A stretch of DNA of 64,000 bases from positions 162,276,937-162,340,936 of the forward strand of contig NC_133617.1 in the NCBI RefSeq assembly GCF_048593235.1. Reading direction: 5' to 3'. This document shows positions 1 through 12,106 of this stretch, in pieces. The notes beneath the pieces were generated by a model. It was not told the origin of the DNA. It was given only the letters and a program-made list of their open reading frames with translations, and searched no databases. Both the position numbers and the translations under genes were made by a program. Each line of letters opens with the position of its first letter. The first letter of the stretch is position 1. This stretch comes from Sminthopsis crassicaudata. Its lineage: Eukaryota.

Positions 1-429
1 ATATTCCATCACATTAATATACTATAATTGTTCAGATATGCCCTAATTGATGGCTACCCCCTTAGTTTCTAATTCTTTGCTTTCACAAAAAGAACTGCCA
101 TAAATTTGATTATCTGTATGGATCTTTTTCCTCTTAATTTGATATGTTGGGGTGTAGATCTGTATATCAAAATGGGTCACTTGGGGAGCAGAGTTCCAAA
201 TTGTTTTCCAGAATATCTGACTTAATTAATTGTTCTACTAATAGTATATTCATGTGCCTTTTTCCCCTCTATAGCTCCTGTGGCTTTTTTCAGTTACCTT
301 TTTTGTCAATTTTACCAATCTTAGGATTTGGGAATGGGACTTTCTCTAATAGTAATTTGTATCATTTTCCCCCCAAACTGCTGTTGATAGCTCGGTTATT
401 TTCTTAGAAAACTGTAGTTTTCAATGAAT

Positions 430-1290
430 GAAATTCAAGCTGTCTATAGTCATATAAAAATGTTCCAAATCACTATTGATTAGAGAAATGCAAATTGAAA
501 AAATTCTGAGGTACTACCTCATACCTCTCAGATTGACTAATATGATAGAAAAGGAAAATAACAAAAGTTGGAGGGGATGTAGGAAAATTGGGATATAATT
601 GCACTGTTTGAGCTGTGAACTGATTGAATCATTCTGGAGAGCACTTTAGAACTATGCCCGAAAGACTGCGTATATACTCTTTGACTAGAAATACTACTAC
701 TAGGTTAGTATCACAAAGATTTCAAAGAAAAAGGGGAAAAAACATTTTGTAGCAGCTATTTTAGTGGTGGCAAAAAAATTGTTCATTGAGGAGATGTCCA
801 TTAATTGGAAATGGCTGAACAAGTTTGGAATGTGATTTTGATATAGCACTATTGTGCTATAAGAAATGACAAGCAGTTTGCTTTCAGAAAACCTAGAAAA
901 ACGTACATGAATTGATAAAAAGGGACCAAGAGGATATTGTACACAGTAACAGAAATATTGTACAGTGATCATCTATGAACAACTTAGCTATTCTCAGCAA
1001 TAGACACTTTTTAAGGGCTTAACATGTAAAATACTATTATGTACCTCCAGAGAAAGAACTGATGGAGTCTGAGTGCTGATCAAAGCATACTTTTTTAACT
1101 TAATTTTTCTTATTTTTTTCTTTTTGTTTATGTTTTCTTTCACAAAATGATAAATTAGGAGAATGTTTTGCATAACTATGCATGTATGATACAAAATGAA
1201 CTTTTTACCTTCTTAGAAGAGAAGAAGAGGAAGAGAATTTGGAACTCTAAATTTTAAAAAATAATTGTTAGAAATTTTTACATGTAATTG
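430..1290 (+). mobile_element. Old LINE-1 3' fragment (ORF2 end plus 3'UTR); another L1 piece lies in reverse at about 20-410
   Basis: Marsupial L1 ORF2-end motifs such as aaatcactattgattagagaaatgcaaatt and ggagcactttagaactatgccc, with an A-rich tail. Boundaries approximate. Confidence 0.7.
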
Positions 1291-2481
1291 GAAAAAATAT
1301 TAGAAATCTGTCAGTTCGTATCCCTTGACCATATACCAACTGGGGAGCCTCCACATTTGTTAGCCCATTTAAAACAGATTACAGTAATGCTCTGAAGTTA
1401 AGAGTCATGTGCTATGACTAATTTAGACAGAAAAGACAGATAGATACATCATCTTACTTGCTAACTAATTGAGTCAGAATTAGACTCTTCAATTTGTTTG
1501 TTAACTACAAGTAACTGAGTCAGAGTTAGACACCAAAATTCCCTTGAAAGCCTTGCCTATATTAAGAACAAGGGACAGGCCTGGGCCTGGAAAGGAATGT
1601 AGAAGGGGTTCCCTCTGGTGACTAATGTAGTGTTTAAGGACAGCCTGGATGTAATGCTTCCTCAATATCCATGTGTTAAATTTTATCTTGCTCTACTGCT
1701 CCCGACCACCCTAGTCAGTATAGTATGTTTTAACAGGAAATAAGATTGCAAACCAGTGGTTATGTACAAACTGTCCTAAATAGCAAAGGAGCATAATTTA
1801 TGAATTATTTCATGTATTAACTACAATTCACATTGTGATAAAGGAAAACCATCTGGATGATTTTTGTCAAAATGCTGGCCCTGTGATATGTGAATCCCAG
1901 ATAAAATCCAGATATTCACAGAGCTATCCCAGTAGAATATCAAAAAAATACCAATAACTTTGAGATGTTGACTTTGAAGTCTTACCAATAACTCTGAGAT
2001 GACTTGGATATGTTAATGAACAAGGTAACACAGATAAAGGTTTGTCTGTTTCCCTCCAAAAAAACTGTAAAAATGAGACTTCAAAAACCTGTCCATACTC
2101 CCATTCCTACTCTTCAACCCCACCACAACCTTCTTCCTTTTGCATCAACACCATGCTCACTAGTGCAGTTTGAAGCAAATTTTTAAACTTTTTTTTTTTT
2201 CTGTGTGGGTGTTCTTTTGCAATATGGCTAATGCAGTAATATGTTTTGCACGATTTAACATGTATAATCAATATCATATTGCTTGCCTTCTCAAACAGGA
2301 GGGGAGAGATAAAAGGCAGAGAATTTGAAATTAAAAATTTTAAAAATAAATGTTAAAAATGTACATGTAATTAAGAAAATTAGTTAAATAAATATATTTT
2401 TTTAAATTGAATAATGAGCCATATGCAGATTTCCCACCAACCTGAAGTATTTATTTTGGTCTTGTTGTTCCCTTTCCCTAG

Positions 2482-2595
2482 TTTCCCTTATATTGGTTCA
2501 GTGTGCCTGCCATCATGAAAGGCTGGATGGACAGAGTCCTTTGCCAAGGATTCGCTTTTGAATTTCCAGAATGCTTTGACAGAGGCTTCCTCCAG
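2482..2595 (+). CDS. NQO2: NQO2 (NRH:quinone oxidoreductase 2) internal coding exon, 114 nt
   Basis: ag|TTTCCC...CTCCAG|gtatgt encodes FPLYWFSVPAIMKGWMDRVLCQGFAFEFPECFDRGFLQ. It matches the flavodoxin-fold quinone reductase motif and the 114-nt human exon. Upstream exons lie outside the window. Confidence 0.95.
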
Positions 2596-5385
2596 GTATG
2601 TTCAGTGGATTATGCTATTATCACAAGCTTTGACACAAGGTCTGGCACTACAGGTTTTTAAATGTTATTTTTCAAACAAATGTCTGTTGTTTTCATCATT
2701 GGACTCTCTCTGTTGCTTGTTAATCGTTTTTTTTTTTCTTTACCACTTTCACAAAGAATCTTACCTATTACCTTACTGAAAAGATTGAGGTCACATAATA
2801 CCAGCTCCCTGAATTACCTTTTTCTATATACCAAAACTTTTCTTAATTTTCATTAACCTCTCCTTCCCTCCTGTTTCAGAAGGGGAAGATTTCTTCCTCT
2901 CCCCAAACTTGAACTACATTCTAACATCTCTTCTCCCTTTTAATACTAAGGTTCTTGAAGATGTACCCTAAGTCTCATTTTTTACATTTTTAAAAAAATG
3001 TGTTTTATTTTTAACTTATGGAATAATACAAGGATTTCCATAACATAATATAATTTTTAAAAGATATATGAAACTTCTTATCTACTGACTACAACTTGCT
3101 GTTCTTTTTAAATATATAATAAAAGTATGTAGATTTTTTATTCCCCCTTCCCCCACTAGGTATCATTAGATGCATATAATGCATATATATGCAAAATTAT
3201 TCTATATGTTTCTGTTTATAAGTTTTTCCTTTGGTGGCAAATAGCATCTTTCTTCATATGTGTTTTATTTTTTTAATTTGTGTATTTATAATACTTAAAA
3301 TGGCTTATTCACTCAAAGTCATTCTTCAAACAATATGCTGTTACTATACACAATGCTCTCTGGGTTCTGCTTATTTCATTCTTCATCACTTCTTGAAAGT
3401 TTTCTATGCCTTTCTATTGAGCTCATCATTTCTTATAGCACAGTAGTAGTCTATCACAACCATATACTACAACCATTCTCCAGTTGATGAGCATCCCTGC
3501 AATTTTCAATTCTTTGGAGACTTTTTTTCCTAAAAAACTATCACTGTCCTTCAATCTCCCTTTCTCCCGAAGCACTAAAATAGACTAAACAGAGCTCAGA
3601 AAGTTTTAGAAAATGAACCTCCTAACAGCCTCTCATCGCTCCTCTTAATCTGCTGATCATCTCATTGATGAAGGGAAGAGGAAACTGAGGACTCAAGTCA
3701 CTGTCTACTTCCCTCCTCACTATTTGGTAGAACTCCCTCATCTACAGTTGCTATGGAATCACCCACCTGGGATCAGGTGACTACCCTCTCCTGGACACTC
3801 TCACCTCAATCATTCCCCAAATCATTCTTTCCATCTCCAAAGACCAGAGTTTTCTCTATGCACATACTAAATCACTCCTTTCTCTGGGTGCCCCCTGCAA
3901 AGGTCCCTGGAATTAGACACAAATGCCAGCTTTCCAACCATGCTCCTTCCACCATTACACCCAGACTGGCTTCATAACTTTGAACATCACCAATCTTAAG
4001 GCTACTTTTTTACTGCATCTCTGTCTCCATAAGACCTCTGATTGTAGACATGATGAATAGGGCCAATGAAGTTTGATCCAGTTTCAAGTTCAGGGGCTAC
4101 TTCAGGGGCTACCTCACATAATAGGATATAGTGATTCCTACATGTTCCTACATCCCTGCTCTTGAGAGACCACATTACCCCACTAATGAGTGAGAATTTT
4201 TACAGTTTAAATTGTAGACTTTAAAATGCATTACTGGAACATACCAACATAAACAAAAGTGAATAAGTGAAGACTTAGCATGTGTAACTTATTGAAATGT
4301 CATCTCTTCATGATATAAAATGTTGGTCCAAGTTTCCCCTCAGTGATCTGACTGACTAATGATAATCATAAAATACATTTAGTATTTACATGGCACTTTA
4401 AGATTTGCAAAACAATTTTCGTATATCATCTTATTTGATTCTCACTTATCCTTAGTTACAAAAAAGGAAACTGAGGCTGGGAAAACTTCAATGATTTGCC
4501 CAAGGTCTTAATAGCTATTAATTGAATAAGGCAGGATTTGAATTCATGTTTTCCTAGTTATCTAAGCTAAGACACAATGACATCATTCAAACAGAATATA
4601 GATAAGTATATGGTAAATATAAATTCCAAATCAATTAATTAGCATTTATTATAAACTGCCTCCTTTGTGCCAAGCACTCTTTCTAAGTGCTAGAGATACA
4701 ATAAGAGGCAAAAGACAGATACTGCCCTAAAGAATTTACAATGCCTTTTCTTTTTCACACTGGAACTGGGAATTCATTGGATGGGGATTTCCCTCTAAGA
4801 AGACTCCTACTAAAGTAGATCATCTTCTTTGAAACTTAGAGTCTTAGAGAGTTGTCAAAGAAGATTCTTGAGGTTCAGATACCCAGGTTCACACAGCATC
4901 AATACTTGAACCCAGGTTTATTGGTTCAGTTTCTCTGTGTTGTGTTTCTCTTTCCTTAAAATGTAACTTAGTTGACATATAATTTCTCCTGGGACTTCTT
5001 TTTAAGTTTTACCTCCTTGTGTTCCTAGATCAAACACCATACGAATTTGATTCATATTTGTTGAATTAAATTTGTTGAATTGAATCAATTAAATTTTTTC
5101 TTCTACTTAATCTCTAAGAAAACAAAAAGTCTAATTCAGATCTTGAGGTAAGACATGCATGTCCCATTTGGCACAGGAGTACATTTTGGAGTTGTAAAAA
5201 GGGGCCTTTTAAGATAGTGTTGAAATTCAGGCAGATATTTCCCACAGAATTCTTTTGATGGTGGTCTAAAGCATTATTCATGCCTTATATGTGCTAAGGA
5301 TGAAACAATCCTTGCTCTCAAGGAGTTTCCAGTCTACTTAGGGGAAGGAAAGGGAACTGGATACACAGAGAAGTAGATGCAGAAT

Positions 5386-6034
5386 TGTTACAAAAGAGAC
5401 AGTGGGTGAAGAACTGACCTGGGAGTTCGGAACCACTGATCTAGAGCTGATCATCTCTGGTGCACACAGAACTAGGCAGCACATCACTTAAACTCGCAGG
5501 GCTGTAGTCCTGAGACCAAGAGTAGCAGATTAAGAGCCAGTCTACCTTAGTAGGTGGGATTCCTTTAAGAAGAAAATAACAGATTTCATTAGAGAAAAAA
5601 AAAAATCTTAAAAAGTCACTGCCGGGAAAAGACTCCTGCCTTCCAAGAAGTCCTCCAGCTTGAGATGCCTGAGAGCCAGAACTGAGTCACCTCTGGAAGC
5701 TTCAGGAGTGGTGGAAGCCAGTCCAAAGGCTAGGGCCTTTCCTTTCCTGTCAGCTGGGAGAAATTTTCCCATCAGTCTTTTATCTAAATTACATGCCCAG
5801 CAGACACACACATACCATATGGGAAGATAAAAAAGAGCAGCATTGGGTCTGGAGTTAGTGGAGTCTGGGCCAGAGTTGGGACGGCAACCTGGAGGAGGAG
5901 TCTGGATTGGGGAAGGACAAGAGCTGGAGGAGATTCAGAGCTCCCAAGAAACCTGCTCACAGAGAAAAGATTTTACAGAAAAGAGATCTCCTCCCAGAGA
6001 AGGATTACAATTGAGAGACAACAGGACCCTTACA
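5386..6034 (+). mobile_element. LTR-like sequence; its 3' part is related to the LTR at 9185-9540
   Basis: Shares a GATAAAA TATA-like box, agagttgggacggca and the terminus gagac(a/g)acaggacc(c/t)ttaca with the downstream LTR. The start (tgttaca at 5386) is tentative. No TSD or primer-binding site found. Confidence 0.55.
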
Positions 6035-6289
6035 TTTGTTTTCAGGAGTACCTTTTGCAACTGCAGCCTCTCCCTCTGATTGTCTCTTCCCAGAACCTCC
6101 ATTCTAATTATGATGCTTAAACCAATAATGTCCTCATCCCTTTTTAGGTTGTGCTTCTAACTCTCGGGTTTCCTCTACAATGCTCCCTTACTGGCCACCT
6201 TCATTACTTCTTTCCATATCACCATTCTTCACTTTTTAGCTTTTATGTGCTGTTTTCCTACATTAGAATGTAAACTTGTTAATGGCAGG

Positions 6290-8900
6290 GCTGCTGTTGA
6301 AGGCCTACCTGCACTTTCACCGGTTCCTATTCAATGGAAGACTGATTTACCAGTGTGGGTGAAACAGTGGCCCTTAAGAAGTGATAAAATTCAGGCCTTA
6401 TTAGACATAGTGCAAGAACAACTTGACCAAGGACACTTGCAGCCTTCTCTAAGTCCTTGGAATTCCCCAGTATTTGTGGTAAAAAAGAAATCTTGGAAAA
6501 TGGAGGATGTTAACTGATCTAAGAAGAGTAAATGAACAGATGGAAACTATGGGAACTCTTCAGCCTGGACTTCCATCTCCAAAAAGTTGCCAAAAAGAAT
6601 GGCCTCTTTGGGTTATAGACATTAAGGATTGTTTCTATTCTATCCCTCTAGATAAGGAGGATATGAAAAGATTTGCTTTTTCAGTGCCTAGTGTTAATTT
6701 GGCTGAGCCTTATAAAAGATATGAATGGACAGTTTTGCCACAGGGAATGAAAAACAGCCCTACTATGTGCCAAATGTATGTTGCTGCTGCTCTTGCTCCA
6801 GTAAGAAAAGCATTTCCAAAAGTAATATTGTTACATTATATGGATGATATTTTGGGATGTGCACCTGAGGAACAAATGTTAGAAGCATGTCTACAAAAGA
6901 CCATGGAAACACTAAAGTACTACAAACTGCATATAGCTACAGAAAAAATTCAAAGACATGCTCCTTTTCAATATTTAGGATATGAAGTATATCCTAAGAC
7001 ACTCACAGTACAAAAGCTTTCTTTAAGAACAGAGAAGTTGGACACCTTAAATGATTTCCAAAAATTAATAGGAGATACCCAATGGATGCATCCAGTGTTA
7101 GGCTTAACTACCAATCAACTACAACCTCTATATGACATTTTAAGGGGAGACAGTGCTTTAAATTCACCACGCCAGCTTACAAAAAAAGCACAAGAGGCTT
7201 TGAGAGAAGTTGAACTTGCTTTATCCAATGTGGTTGAAAGAGTCACTCAAAAACCCTTGGAAATATCAATTTTTGCTACACAAGAAACACCCACAGCAGT
7301 TCTTCATCAAGGAGACAGTGTGATTGAGTGGGTGAACCTCCCAGCACAACCAGAACAAAGCCTGACTCCTTACCCAGTGCTTGGGGCTAGAATTTTATTA
7401 AAGGCCAGTAAGTGAGCAGTACAATTATCTGGGATAAGTCCTGAAAAAATATACACATTCTATACTAACACACAAATTAATGTATGCTGTGAGACCATCC
7501 CAGAATGGCAAATTTTATTGTCCACAGCTCCAAATTTTGCACATAGATCTCCATTAAAGATAACCCGGCTACTGCATAATTGGCGATGGATTTTTGAAGA
7601 AAAGATTTCTAAGGCTCCTCTTAAAGGACCAACAATCTTTACAGATGCCTCCAAAGAAAATATTTATGCTGTATACTCTCATGATTTAACCATAAAGAGA
7701 GTAGTCAGGACTCCTTTTCAGTCCACTCAGCAAAATGAATTATTTGCTATCATGCTAGCTCTTACTTATTACCCAGGAGATGTAAATATAATTACTGATT
7801 CAGCCTATTCAGTAGGTATAAAACAAAGAATTGCCACAGCCCAAATAAAATTTGCAGCCTCTAATATTTATCAGCTCTTTAAGGAACTTCAAGAGCGAGT
7901 GAGAAAGCATCCAGGTAAGAGTTATATCTTGCATGTCCACCCACATAGTGGACTTCCAGGTCCTATTTTTGATGGAAATTCAAAGACAGATAGCCTTCTA
8001 ACCATGCTGGCCAGTACTCCTTTATTTCAGGAAGCACAAGAATCTCATTCTAAATATCATCAGGCTGCTTGAGCTTTATGTTTACAATTTGGAATAACAA
8101 GAGAAGAAGCTAGGAGCATAGTAAAAGCCTGTACAGCTTGCCTTCCATGATCCTACACTCCTTCCAGGGAAGAATCCTTGTGGTTTGAGACCCAATGAAA
8201 TCTGGCAAATAGATGTGACTCATTATAAATCTTTTGGTCGTCTGTCTTTTATCCACGTGGTGGTAGATACCTTTTCAGAATTCACTTTTGCAGTGCCAAC
8301 AGCAAAAGAGACAGCCTGAGTGGTCACTGAATTCCTTATTCAAGCATTTGCAATTATTGGTGTGCCACAAGAAATAAAAACAGATAATGGACCTGCATAT
8401 ACGTCTAAACATTTTGCACACTTGTGCACAATATAAGATTTTACATACCACAGGCATACCCTTTAATCCTCAAGGTCAGGCAATAGTAGAGAGAAGAAAC
8501 AGAGACATTAAGACACTCCTCCAAAAACAAAAGAAAGGGGGAGCCACTGGTAACCCTAGAGAACTTCTAAATTTAGTTCTCCATACCATTAATTTTCTAA
8601 TTTTTGACAAAGATGCACTGGCTACGGCAGACAGGTTTTATAACCCACCAGAAGGGCAGTGTCCAGTGCGAGCATCTCCACTGTCCTTAGATAATCTCCA
8701 GGTGATGCGGAGAGACCCAGAAAGTGGTGAACGGAAGGGACCAGATAGGTTAACTGCCTGGGGGAGAGTGTTTGCTTGTATTTCTTCAGATGGAGAAGGA
8801 ATCAGATGCGTGCCAACGAGTCGTATTTGCCTTGTCCATCAGAGAGAGAGAGAGAGAAAGAGAAAGACCTCAAAACAAAGGAGAAAATCTAAGAATATCT
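6290..8900 (+). pseudogene. pol: Defective betaretrovirus-like (ERV2) pol: RT, RNase H, integrase
   Basis: RT N-terminus [27 protein letters not shown] and YMDD (6837-6848); RNase H IFTDAS; integrase H..H..CxxC, WQIDVTH, KTDNGPAY and PQGQAIVER. Frameshift near 6492, in-frame TGA at 7413, 8070 and 8317, and further frameshifts in integrase. Confidence 0.95.
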
Positions 8901-9184
8901 GACACTGAAAGAGCATGGCTAATAAGAAGACTGTTAAAGAACTTTAAAACCAGCAGGAATCATTGGATTTTCTAACACAAGATGAAACTAATGGACAATG
9001 GACTTATGGACATTTATAAATTCTCAATTTATGATCATGTTATTTGTTTTATCACTTGTAGCATGTGTTATGTTACGATGTATTTATGTAATTTATGTAA
9101 TTATGTGTAATACCTCCCATATTGATGGATTTATGTTTCAAGGTCATGACCACCCTATGTTCTAAATCAAAAGAAAGGGGGAGA

Positions 9185-9540
9185 TATTAGGTCCTTACTA
9201 AGTGCTAAGTCGGTACTTAACAATTCTCTGTTCACACCTTTGGTTCTGGCCTTTAAGGGGAGTTTACTCCTTTGAACTTCTGAGGAGGAGTTTACATATG
9301 GAAAGGAGTTTACACAACCTTTAAAAGGAGCAAATTCATTGGTTGAAGTAATTTTTCCACAAGCCCCTGAGTTCTTACACGCTCATTCTCTGGGAGGATA
9401 AAAGAAGACAACATTGAGCAAGGAGCTAGTCTACTCTGGGACAGAGTTGGGACGGCACTCTGGAGGAAGAAGGGTCGAATCTGGCATTGAGTTGAGATGG
9501 CAGTCCCAAAGGACAACTTAGAGACGACAGGACCTTTACA
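9185..9540 (+). mobile_element. 3' LTR of the ERV (356 bp), preceded by a polypurine tract at 9169-9184
   Basis: AAAAGAAAGGGGGAGA is followed directly by tattagg (TG to TA relative to the 9899 copy). Contains an ATTGG box and GGATAAAA, and ends TTTACA. Confidence 0.85.
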
Positions 9541-9898
9541 AATCTGGACCTTCACATATATATAATGTGCACACACACGACACATATACATATACAAATA
9601 CCATACATGTAGACACATACCACAGACACATAAAAATAATTATACTAAAGTATAATAAAAGTAATAAGGATATATATCTGAATAACAAAATTCCGCCATG
9701 AAAATAAATTTATTTACTTTAGTTAACTGAATTGTGTTTTATTATAAAAGTCCTTGAGATTTTTGTAGAGAAGAAACTATACCATTTATTAAAGTGATCT
9801 GAGCTTGAACTTACTCTTTCTATATTATTATATACACTTGTTATGGGCTATTATCACTGCATCTACTATTGGTTTCCCTTTGTGAAAACATTCTTGAT

Positions 9899-9973
9899 TG
9901 TTAGGTTCTTACTAAGTGCTAATGAAATAATGAGATATTAGGTTCTTACTAGGTGCTAAGTCGGTACTTAACA
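9899..9973 (+). mobile_element. 75-bp micro solo-LTR with 6-bp TSD
   Basis: CTTGAT [TGTTAGG...CTTAACA] CTTGAT. The sequence matches the start of the LTR at 9185-9222. Confidence 0.85.
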
Positions 9974-10171
9974 CTTGATGGCAGAATTTTTAATTTTATC
10001 CCTTTTTCTATGGAAGCTTAAGGGTAGAAAGAAGATCTCAAGTTAATTAAAATCTCTAAAGTTAATATGACATTTCTTACCTTGAACTAAATATTTCTCA
10101 TTAATATTTCTGTTTTTGAAAAATCAGTTTTTCATATATTCATATATTCATTTTCTTGTATTCTATTCCAG

Positions 10172-10273
10172 AACAAATTAGCCCTCATTTCATTCACCAC
10201 TGGAGGTGATGCTGAGTTGTACTCCAAAACAGGACTCAGCGGTGATATTAAATACATCTTGTGGCCCCTACAG
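10172..10273 (+). CDS. NQO2: NQO2 coding exon, 102 nt
   Basis: ag|AACAAA...CTACAG|gtaaac encodes NKLALISFTTGGDAELYSKTGLSGDIKYILWPLQ, including the TTGG FAD-binding motif. Size equals the human exon. Confidence 0.95.
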
Positions 10274-11205
10274 GTAAACGTACTATTACTACTGTACATC
10301 ACTGCCACCTTATCACACTTCACCTCCTGCTACTCCTCTGAGTAGAAAGACAAGTCATTTCTTCAAGAAACTGCATGAAAAGCAGGATTTAGGAAATTTT
10401 GAATATATCAATCAGCCAAGTAGTTATTAAGCTTTTATATATAGTAGCAAATCTGGAATTGAGCCTTACACAAAGTAAATAAGATGCCTAACAAATATTT
10501 GAAGAATAATGTAATGAATCTAAAGATAAGAAGGGGGAGAGAGATCCCTTGGGCATTTCTCTAGGAACTTCTTTCCTAGTCCACATCCATTCATCAAAGG
10601 TTATTCTTTAGAGCCAGTCAGTGGGTCAGTTCCCAAATCTACCCAGCTGTAGCATTACTTAGATCAGAGGTATCACACACACAGGCTATATGAGGTTCAC
10701 AACACTCCTGAGTGCTGCCACAAATAAATTGAATTGTAATCGAACTGAGAAATACTTAACAAAATCAATAAAAATTCAATAAATCAGATGTTAACCTGTG
10801 GTTTTCTAAGTGGCCCACAGGGATCTTTATATATGTGATTTAGTGGCTTCTGTTTCAATTTGAGTTTGATAATACTGATCTAAGTAACCACATATTCCAA
10901 TTTTATTTTCACAGATACCAAAAGTTTCCTAATCTATTTTGCCCACCAAAAAGTATTTGAATTTTTAAAATAAAAATTGTAAATATTAATTGCTGATAAG
11001 ACTTCCTCTGAATTAACATGCCATCTAAAGGTTTAAAGGTTGTTCATTTGTTTTCTATGAATTTATGGCTATCAAGACGTTTTTGCCTCTTCCACTGATG
11101 TTTCAAAGCTTGAGATCTCCCTCACATTAATTCTAAGAGATTGTCAATTGGGTTGAAAAGTGGGTCATATTTCTGATGGATTTCTTTTTCACTTTCTGAG
11201 TCTAG

Positions 11206-11379
11206 CATGGTGTGCTGCATTTCTGTGGTTTCAAAGTCTTGGCCCCTCAGGTCAGTTTTGCTCCTGAGTTCTCATCAGAAGATCAGAGAAAAGAGATGGT
11301 GGAGTCTTGGGCAAGAAGACTAGAGACCATCTGGAAAGAGAAGCCTATAAACTGCACTCCCTCCTGGTACTTCGAATAA
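11206..11379 (+). CDS. NQO2: NQO2 terminal coding exon
   Basis: Encodes HGVLHFCGFKVLAPQ...KPINCTPSWYFE*. The metal ligands HxxxH and the C-terminal Cys, plus the short C-terminus, indicate NQO2 rather than NQO1. Confidence 0.95.
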   Translation, partial: HGVLHFCGFKVLAPQVSFAPEFSSEDQRKEMVESWARRLETIWKEKPINCTPSWYFE

Positions 11380-11462
11380 TAACATCTGGTGTTATGTGTA
11401 ATGTTCTTTCCCTTTTTTGACATTGTGAGTAGCCCATGATTTGGAGACAATCTGTTATAATC

Positions 11463-11468
11463 AATAAA
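11463..11468 (+). terminator. NQO2 polyadenylation signal
   Basis: AATAAA about 85 nt after the stop, followed by a T/GT-rich tract. Confidence 0.65.
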
Positions 11469-12106
11469 GCTACAAAATCCACTTACCAAATGAATCTGAG
11501 ACTTTTTTTGTTTTTTATTGTTATTGCATTATTGATATATTTTAATATTTAATAATTTTAGTTAATGTATTTTAATATGTTAGAATATTTTAGTAAGGTA
11601 CAGCTGGGCAGTACAATGAATAAGAGTGCTAGACCTGGAGTCAGAAAGAATTGTCTTACAGAGCTAAAATCTGGCCTCAGATACTAATTGTGTGGCACTT
11701 CATTCTGTTTCCTCATCTGTAAAATGAGCTGGAAAAGAAAATGGCAAACGCCAATGTCTTCACCAAGAAACCTCCAAATAGGATCACAGAGAGTTAGGCA
11801 TGAATGAAAAAGGCATGAAAAATAATAGCTAATTGAAGAGTCTGCAATTAATATTCCCTTCAAATATATAGACCTAAAAGTTCTAGGAATAGTTTTGGAA
11901 GGTGAGAGAAGAAATGAGAAGAGTCCCATGCAAGAAAGGGAGACGTCACACAGAGCAACCATGGTGGAGAGCCTTGATAGAATATATAGGTAGTAGCATC
12001 CCAGGCTAGGTCAATAGTTAAGTGATTTAACTCTTCCCTTCTGCAATGGGAAATGACCTCACCTCCTTAAACTAGTAAATGGAGGAGATGTAAGAAATGC
12101 TTCCTA

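Noticed and set aside
20-1290. Oppositely oriented L1 pieces suggesting a twin-priming inversion
   Set aside because: The two pieces cover overlapping L1 coordinates, so they are separate insertions.
1358-1735. TGTTA...TAACA segment with two TGAGTCA (AP-1) sites, a possible solo LTR or antioxidant response element
   Set aside because: No TSD, and the sites lack the GC needed for an ARE (TGACnnnGC).
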